NCBI GenBank assembly: GCA_963664195.1
Contig: OY760907.1
Coordinates: 3,232,001-3,296,000 of the forward strand
Reading direction: 5' to 3'
DNA length: 64,000 bases
DNA from: an uncultured candidate division Zixibacteria bacterium
GTDB taxonomy: Bacteria > Zixibacteria > MSB-5A5 > GN15 > FEB-12
Part shown: one piece after another, positions 57,777 to 64,000 of the stretch
Numbering within the stretch: the stretch's first letter is position 1
Layout of the letters: each line of letters opens with the position of its first letter
Made by a program: the position numbers and the translations under genes
Notes under the pieces: generated by a model
Database searches by the model: none
What the model saw: the letters and a program-made list of their open reading frames with translations, nothing else
What the model was told of the DNA's origin: nothing

Positions 57777-59675
57777 ATGCGAGTCCTCGCTCTCACCCTC
57801 CTGCTCCTGCTGCCGACCGGTCTCTATGCCCGGGGGACAGCGCCCTCAATTCACGTGGTGTATCCGAAACCGGACCAGACCGTTCATGCAGTGGATTCAA
57901 CCTTCATATTCGGTCATGTGACAAATGCCCCGGACAATGATAACTGGTTTCTGGAGATCAACGGTGCACAGGTTAACGTGCACTCAGACGGCGGTTTCCT
58001 TGCGTTTCTTCCGGTAGCGGCCGGCGCATTCTCTTTTGATCTAGCGCTCAAGTCGACGCGGGCAGACAATCTCACGCTGGCTGAAACAAGCGTGCCGGTC
58101 AACATTCCGGTGCCGGTGCACACGCTGTCGATGGACAGTCTGGCGATTGTCAGGGATCACAACCCACCACTGGGCGATCTTGTACTTGCCACGGGCGATG
58201 AACTCAGGGTGAGTTTCTGGGGTACACCAAACTGTCGGGCGTGGTTCTCGATTCAGGGCGTGATTGATTCCGTGCCGATGGCCGAGACTCCGCCGGAGCA
58301 GCAGCCATACTGGGGAGAAGCGGTATTCGGTGTGGGGGCCGTTCCCGACACTATGCTGGTGGGAGGCATCTACACCGGGTTTTACGAAGTACCTGAGTCG
58401 GTGTCGGTTGCCGACACAAATATCGTCTACCATCTGGCGCCCCCCTCGCGCGAACAACTGGCCGAGTTCATACTCTCCCACCCGCATCGGTTGAGCGTAC
58501 GAACGCTGATTGAGTACCTGGAAGGGGTTGAGATCAATACCATAAGTGGCTATACGGTAAGTCTGAATCCGCCCGACTATCCGTTTACGGTTGAGTTCTC
58601 AGACTCGGTGCAGATCCTTCGCCATGGCCCCAGAAAAGGCTACTTTTCCATATTCCAGACAGAGGGCATACGCGCGCTCGTAGTGGGGCGCGAGGGGGAT
58701 TGGTACCGAATGAGACTCTCACACTCGCAGTACGCATGGGCGGACTCGGTATCTGTCATGAAGCTCGCAACGGGCATGGTCCCGCCACACTCGTTCATTC
58801 GCTCGATCCGCACAAGCGGTGACGAAATGCAATTGAGGGTTGAATTCCCACTCAAGGGAAGACACCCGTTCCGGATTTACGAGGATGACCCGCGCACAAT
58901 CCGTATTCAGCTCTTTGGTGTGACGACTGACACTGACTGGATTCGCTACGATGCCGACGATCCGCTGGTGGAAATGGCAACCTGGTCGCAGCCCGAAGAC
59001 GGCATGTACGAGTTCCGTCTGAATCTGACTCAGGACATTTGGGGATATGACAGCTTCTACGAAGGCAACACGTTTGTATTCCAACTGAACAAGGCACCGG
59101 AAAGAGTTGGCAGCCTGTGGGGCAAGACGATAGTAGTTGATCCCGGGCATTCGCCTGATCCCGGCGCGATCGGCCCGACCGGATATACCGAGGCCGAAGC
59201 GAATCTGGGCATATCGCTGAAACTGGAGCAGGAGCTAAAGAAAAAAGGCGCCCGCGTTATTATGACCCGCCGAGACAGCAGTCCGCTGTCGCTGTATGAT
59301 CGTCCGATTATTGCCAACGAGGTAGAGGCCGACCTTTTTGTGTCGGTGCACAACAATGCGTTGCCGGACGGTGTGGACCCTTATGAAAACTACGGCACGT
59401 CCGCGTATTACTACCATCCGCACTCGGCAGGTCTGGCACGGTCTATTCTGGAGCAAATCGTGCGGCACACGGGCCAACCGAATCATGGATTCTACCACGG
59501 GAACCTTGCAGTCCAGCGCCCTACCCAGTATCCGGCGGTGCTTGTGGAGTGTGCGTTCCAGATTATCCCGGAGTGGGAGGCGAGACTAAAGACAGACAAC
59601 TTTCGTCGCAAGATCGCACGCGCGATCACACAGGGGATAGAAAACTTTTTGGAGAGCTACGATGACCGAAACTGA
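57777..59675 (+). CDS. N-acetylmuramoyl-L-alanine amidase (Amidase_3) with long N-terminal region
   Basis: Signal peptide; VDPGH, EAEAN, SVHNNA, VLVE. Confidence 0.9.
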   Translation: MRVLALTLLLLLPTGLYARGTAPSIHVVYPKPDQTVHAVDSTFIFGHVTNAPDNDNWFLEINGAQVNVHSDGGFLAFLPVAAGAFSFDLALKSTRADNLTLAETSVPVNIPVPVHTLSMDSLAIVRDHNPPLGDLVLATGDELRVSFWGTPNCRAWFSIQGVIDSVPMAETPPEQQPYWGEAVFGVGAVPDTMLVGGIYTGFYEVPESVSVADTNIVYHLAPPSREQLAEFILSHPHRLSVRTLIEYLEGVEINTISGYTVSLNPPDYPFTVEFSDSVQILRHGPRKGYFSIFQTEGIRALVVGREGDWYRMRLSHSQYAWADSVSVMKLATGMVPPHSFIRSIRTSGDEMQLRVEFPLKGRHPFRIYEDDPRTIRIQLFGVTTDTDWIRYDADDPLVEMATWSQPEDGMYEFRLNLTQDIWGYDSFYEGNTFVFQLNKAPERVGSLWGKTIVVDPGHSPDPGAIGPTGYTEAEANLGISLKLEQELKKKGARVIMTRRDSSPLSLYDRPIIANEVEADLFVSVHNNALPDGVDPYENYGTSAYYYHPHSAGLARSILEQIVRHTGQPNHGFYHGNLAVQRPTQYPAVLVECAFQIIPEWEARLKTDNFRRKIARAITQGIENFLESYDDRN

Positions 59676-59922
59676 TGTCACCAAACCGGGAAAAAAGAAA
59701 AACGCGGAGCCGTACTGGCTGATCTACATTTCGGCGATCCTTTCGGGCCTGCTGCTTATCGGCTATGCGCTTGATATAGGGGCGCTTCAAAAAATAAGCG
59801 CGAGACTGGGGATCGGACTGCTATTCGGAGCGTTTGCGTTGATCGTCGGGAGAAGCCGGGTGGCGGGGTACATAGCGGCGGGACTTGTCGGATTTGTGGT
59901 GATACTGACGTTCTTCCTGTAA
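59662..59922 (+). CDS. Small three-TM hypothetical protein
   Basis: Hydrophobic segments; overlaps amidase stop; SD GGAG. Confidence 0.6.
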   Translation: MTETDVTKPGKKKNAEPYWLIYISAILSGLLLIGYALDIGALQKISARLGIGLLFGAFALIVGRSRVAGYIAAGLVGFVVILTFFL

Positions 59923-60050
59923 TGTTGTCGACACAACTGTCCTAGTTCCCTGGCATTATACACCACTTCTTGCGTTGGGATCTGAACATGCGAGCTGACA
60001 CGTCGGCTGAACTCATGTCTCAATGTTGACTCCATATTGCAACAAAATCG

Positions 60051-60079
60051 TTGACAGCAGATACCACTATGTTTATCTT
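60051..60079 (+). promoter_or_regulatory. Putative sigma-70 promoter
   Basis: TTGACA-17 nt-TATCTT. Confidence 0.6.
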
Positions 60080-60133
60080 GTGAGCAAATGAGCCCTATCA
60101 CATAAACCTATCTGAAGCCCCGGGGAGTGTGTC

Positions 60134-61534
60134 ATGAAACAGGTTCTTCTCGTTTGCGTTCTCGCTCTCTTGTTCTCCGCCAGTGTTTCCGCTCAACCGA
60201 TTGTTGTCCTTGATACGCTGGAAGGCGGGCTGTGCGGCAATCCTGCCCCTGGGAGTTACTCCACACAAGTCATATCAATCGCCAACCCGGACACGACACT
60301 GTACAAACTGTCGCTGTGTTTCCGCGTGCACATTGAAGGAGGAAACGGAGATGTTCTCTATCCTGAGATAGAGTTTTACAACGGCTTCCTCGAGCACTTC
60401 ACGCACTCGGATATTGGGACCATGCAGATGATCAATACGAGTTTCGAGCAAGACGGTCGTGACCTACTCGTCAGCATCAATCCAATCAGCGCACCGGAGA
60501 ACTGGTATTTTGGGGACTGGGGTCTTCCGGTGTCAAACGATACTATTCCGTATATTGGAATCAGATGCGACCCTTCCCCCATGGGCCACGATTATGACCT
60601 GTGTGTGTCGGCGGCAGTATCGGACAGCGTTCCACAGTGGTACAGCTACCCCGGAGTAGAGACCCCGCAGTTTGGGGGAGAGAAGTGCTATTGGATCGAC
60701 GGACCGTTCCCGAACTGCACTCAAGAGTTCGTTAGTTGCCCGGGGACTCTGACCGCGACCGGCTGCGCACCGGTGACCTTCCAGTTCGAGGTGGGAGATT
60801 GGAAATGCAAGTCCTGGCCGGGGCAGTGGCATTATGAAATGGTTTCCGGACCTGGGGAAATCGACTGGAGTACGGGTGTGTACACGTTCGCACCTGACGC
60901 TGCCGACGCCGGTCAGAGTTTCTCCGTTGAGGTCAGACCTACGGAAGACTATTGCGGTGATAGCACAGGTTTCTTCTGGGGAATCCCGTGCGCTTTCACG
61001 GTTGTGGTCCCCTCCGACTACTCCGGCGCGAGCGACGATGCCCCGAGTTTTCCCACTCAGAACCAGTACTTCGTGGCTACTACCGGTGACACGCTAGCAG
61101 TCGATCTGATTGTTGAGGATGCTGGTCCCTGCAACGATCATCACTTCGACTGGTACTCGTTCGAGCAGGACGGTACGCCGAACAACGCCTGGATAGATGA
61201 ATCAACCGGCACGTTTTACTATCTCGGTGCGGTGGCAGACACAGGCGAATACTGGATATACGAGACAGTGGAGGAACGGGGACGGGGAGACACCGCCCTT
61301 TTCATAATCCAGCACTACGACAGCTACATCTGCGGTGATTGCGATCACGACGGCGTAGTCTCGATGGGGGACCTGACGAAGATAATTGACGCGTTGTTCA
61401 TCAGTCTGATTCCGCCGGCTCCGCCAGAATCGGGCAACGTCGACTGCGAGCCCGGTCTGACAATGGGGGATTTGACGAAAATGATCGACCATCTCTTCAT
61501 CAGTCTTGGACCCTTGTGCGACGGATGTGAATAG
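60134..61534 (+). CDS. Secreted Cys-rich beta-sandwich protein with two Ig/cadherin-like repeats and C-terminal dockerin-like module
   Basis: Signal peptide; IDWSTGVYTFAP and IDESTGTFYY repeats; CGDCDHDG..MGDLT / GNVDC..MGDLT. Confidence 0.8.
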   Translation: MKQVLLVCVLALLFSASVSAQPIVVLDTLEGGLCGNPAPGSYSTQVISIANPDTTLYKLSLCFRVHIEGGNGDVLYPEIEFYNGFLEHFTHSDIGTMQMINTSFEQDGRDLLVSINPISAPENWYFGDWGLPVSNDTIPYIGIRCDPSPMGHDYDLCVSAAVSDSVPQWYSYPGVETPQFGGEKCYWIDGPFPNCTQEFVSCPGTLTATGCAPVTFQFEVGDWKCKSWPGQWHYEMVSGPGEIDWSTGVYTFAPDAADAGQSFSVEVRPTEDYCGDSTGFFWGIPCAFTVVVPSDYSGASDDAPSFPTQNQYFVATTGDTLAVDLIVEDAGPCNDHHFDWYSFEQDGTPNNAWIDESTGTFYYLGAVADTGEYWIYETVEERGRGDTALFIIQHYDSYICGDCDHDGVVSMGDLTKIIDALFISLIPPAPPESGNVDCEPGLTMGDLTKMIDHLFISLGPLCDGCE

Positions 61535-61565
61535 CGACTGACAATCCCGATAACCGACAAACGCA

Positions 61566-61600
61566 AGAAAGGCCGGTGACTCACAGTCATCGGCCTTTCT
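61566..61600. terminator. Bidirectional terminator between convergent genes
   Basis: AGAAAGGCCGGTGACT-CAC-AGTCATCGGCCTTTCT. Confidence 0.8.
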
Positions 61601-61622
61601 CTCGCAAATTAATTAGCGCGAG

Positions 61623-62237
61623 CTATTTCTTGAATCGACGAACGACTCCCAGACCGGCCAGACCAAGTCCGAAAAGACTCAGAGTCAGCGGTTCCGGAGT
61701 GGGACGAGCATCGGTCGACGTATTCATGGCAAGGGTTGAACCGTCAATACGGAGATCATCCCAGCACCAATCCTCGTCTACGTTGATCGTCACACCAAGA
61801 GCACCATCAGCCCATACGGACTGATCTACATAGCCCGGACCCAGGTCGATAATCGTCCCGTCGTTGGAATGCTGCCAACTCCAAGTGGACCATGACCAGG
61901 AAACGTTATCCTGAGCGAGGGTACGCGTGGTGAAACCTTCGATTTCGACCGAATTCCCGTCAGTGTCGACATACATTGCGTCAATACGAAGTTGAGCACT
62001 GGTGACAACATCCGGGGGAACGGAGAACGGGTGGGTATGAGTCCACGACACGGAACCGTCGCCGAAGAAATCAGTACCTGCCCATTGTCCACCAAAATCG
62101 TAGGTCTGCACGTAATCCCAGCCAGGATTAGAATAATCGGTAGTGATACCGGTCGGTGTGATCGGCAGTGCGAATGCAGCACCCGCCAGAGCCAATACAC
62201 AAAGACACATCATGCCGATTTTCGCCAGCTTGAACAT
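61623..62237 (-). CDS. PEP-CTERM sorting domain protein
   Basis: Signal peptide; C-terminal TPEP-LTLSLFGLGLAGLGVV-RRFKK. Confidence 0.92.
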   Translation of the reverse strand: MFKLAKIGMMCLCVLALAGAAFALPITPTGITTDYSNPGWDYVQTYDFGGQWAGTDFFGDGSVSWTHTHPFSVPPDVVTSAQLRIDAMYVDTDGNSVEIEGFTTRTLAQDNVSWSWSTWSWQHSNDGTIIDLGPGYVDQSVWADGALGVTINVDEDWCWDDLRIDGSTLAMNTSTDARPTPEPLTLSLFGLGLAGLGVVRRFKK

Positions 62238-62302
62238 GTAGTTGCCTCCCCTTCAATAAGGGTTGGTTAGGGTTATTAGTGCGAACTAGACACTTACATA
62301 GC

Positions 62303-62318
62303 AGCAAAGTCCGTGCCA
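62303..62318 (-). promoter_or_regulatory. Sigma-54 (-24/-12) promoter of the PEP-CTERM gene
   Basis: TGGCAC-GGACT-TTGCT on minus strand, matches consensus. Confidence 0.8.
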
Positions 62319-62537
62319 CACCGCATCGTGTTGCACTGCAACGGCTTTCCGTTTCGATGGCGAACACCAATACCGAAAATGGTCAATTGTCGAACATTTT
62401 TGTGCAGTCAATTGCGGTCCCCAAAAGAGGTAATAGGTCTATCACACGACATTGCAGGTCATCGCGTTATGCTCGTGTGTGGGTTGCAAAGGGGGGCAAG
62501 GTGCGGATGACAAAACGTGTCACACGGCAGAAGAGAA

Positions 62538-62609
62538 TACCCCCGTCAGGAATCGAACCTGAATTCCCGGCTCCGGAGGCCGGTGCGTTATCCGTTACAC
62601 CACGGGGGC
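62538..62609 (-). tRNA. tRNA-Arg (CCG), no encoded CCA
   Basis: Acceptor GCCCCCG/CGGGGGT, anticodon arm CCGGC-CTCCGGA-GCCGG, T loop GGTTCGATTCC. Confidence 0.96.
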
Positions 62610-62863
62610 AGATCCTAAATCGAGATGTCGCCACACATGCAAGACGGTGTTGTCTGAGGGCGGCGGACCTATACATATCACAAAGCGCAGGTTAAGGCAA
62701 CAGGAATTTCCGTCAAATCGAGGCGGACAAAAACTGTCGGAGGCCGCCCAGTTTTGGATTGCATTACGGGGGGGATGCCGTATACTGAGGATTCCCTTCG
62801 GCCGGGTACTATTGCAGACGTCGGCCGGCGAGCTTAACCAATTGGAATGTAAGGATTTGATCG

Positions 62864-64000
62864 ATGCGGTGGAGCCAATCATACTTACCGACTTTGCGGG
62901 AGAAACAGACCGAAGCCGAACTGATTTCTCATCAATTGTTGCTTCGCGGCGGCTATATCCGCAAACTGGCCGCGGGCGTCTATTTGTATCTGCCGCTCAT
63001 GCAGCGAGTGATCCAGAAGTTTTCAGACATCGTGCGCGACGAAATGAACAAGGCCGGCGCGCTCGAGATTACGATGTCCGTGCTCTGTCCTGCTGAATTG
63101 TGGCAGGAGTCCGGTCGTTACGATACGGTCGGCAAAGAGCAGATGCGCCTTAAGGACCGTCACATGCACGACATGGTCCTTTGCGGCACGCATGAGGAGA
63201 CGGTCACCAAGCTGATCGCCGGTGAGGTACGCAGTTACAAGCAACTGCCGTTGAATCTCTACCAGATACAGGTCAAGTTCCGCGATGAGATCCGTCCACG
63301 TTTCGGCCTCATGCGGGGGCGCGAGTTCATCATGAAGGACGCGTATACGTTTGACGCCACCGAGGAATCGTTTGCGAAAAGCTACCAGGGAATGGTTGAC
63401 GCGTATTTCAACGTCTTCAAGCGGGCTGGCCTCGATGTCCTCAAAGTCGAATCTGACACCGGCGCTATGGGAGGCAAAGCCGCACATGAATTCATGTTGT
63501 TGGTGGATACCGATGCCGGTGAAGAGAAAATAGCAGCCTGCACCAAGTGCGAATACGCGGCCAATGTCGAGAAAGCCGAGGTCAAGGACTCCGCCAGGCC
63601 GGAGATTGACACCGAACTGAGAGACAAGGAAACAGTCGATACTCCGGGAGCAGCAACTATTGAAGAGGTTACGGCTTTTTTGAAAGTCGATTCGACTCAT
63701 CTGGCCAAGACACTTATCTACATGGCCGATGGCAAACCGGTAGCGGCGATGGTTCGCGGTGATCGCGAACTGAACGAAATCAAGTTGAAGAACGCTGTCG
63801 GGGCAGTCGAGTTGGACATGGCCAGCGAGGAAGATGTCCTCAAGTACACCGGCGCTCCGGTTGGTTTTGCCGGCCCGGTTGGACTGAAGGATGTGCAAAT
63901 CGTTGTGGATCCCCTCGTTGCGGAGTTGAGGAACTTCGTCGTGGGGGCGAACGAAAACGAAAAGCATGTTCTCAATGTCAACATCGACAGAGATTTCAGG
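62864..64000 (+). CDS. proS: Proline--tRNA ligase (bacterial type with editing insert), 3' truncated; absent from ORF track
   Basis: Manual translation MRWSQSYLPTLRE..SHQLLLRGGYIRK..SGRY..THEE..KFRDEIRPRFGLMRGREFIMKDAY. Confidence 0.96.
   Translation, partial: MRWSQSYLPTLREKQTEAELISHQLLLRGGYIRKLAAGVYLYLPLMQRVIQKFSDIVRDEMNKAGALEITMSVLCPAELWQESGRYDTVGKEQMRLKDRHMHDMVLCGTHEETVTKLIAGEVRSYKQLPLNLYQIQVKFRDEIRPRFGLMRGREFIMKDAYTFDATEESFAKSYQGMVDAYFNVFKRAGLDVLKVESDTGAMGGKAAHEFMLLVDTDAGEEKIAACTKCEYAANVEKAEVKDSARPEIDTELRDKETVDTPGAATIEEVTAFLKVDSTHLAKTLIYMADGKPVAAMVRGDRELNEIKLKNAVGAVELDMASEEDVLKYTGAPVGFAGPVGLKDVQIVVDPLVAELRNFVVGANENEKHVLNVNIDRDFR

Noticed and set aside
63023..63967. 314-aa minus-strand ORF
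   Set aside because: Antisense shadow of proS, which the ORF track missed because it has no stop in the window

Overview
Bacterial chromosomal segment of mostly housekeeping genes. The cysteine-flanked C-terminal dockerin-like domains and Bacteroidota-style LptD suggest an FCB-related lineage such as candidate phylum Zixibacteria (inference, not proven). Contents: the 3' end of a fungal-type homoaconitase, hisS, a long dapF-trpEGD-MFS-trpCFBA-argS-aroF/A/E/K/B/Q cluster, an envelope/replication block (LptD, HU, ftsK, lolA, rimO, SLT, bamD, nadD, polA), coaE, a fused transketolase, a peptidoglycan-recycling operon, tRNA-Phe(GAA), tRNA-Arg(CCG) and the 5' part of proS. Most notable: (i) two tandem secreted proteins made only of three dockerin-like modules each, plus a third dockerin-tailed secreted protein, with two apparent recognition codes (IS vs MG), suggesting a non-cellulosomal cohesin-dockerin scaffold or sorting system; (ii) a GTAG-type REP hairpin family clustered behind tRNA-Phe around a multiply frameshifted pentapeptide-repeat pseudogene; (iii) a divergent IscU-like protein; (iv) enzymes with altered catalytic motifs (Ser/Ser DapF, GVMH ArgS, HEXXH-less peptidase-like lipoprotein, QE-type intramembrane protease); (v) dense D-S/T-x sequons in exported proteins; (vi) a sigma-54-driven PEP-CTERM gene. 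No CRISPR array, rRNA, integrase or transposase was seen. All family calls are by motif recognition, not database search.
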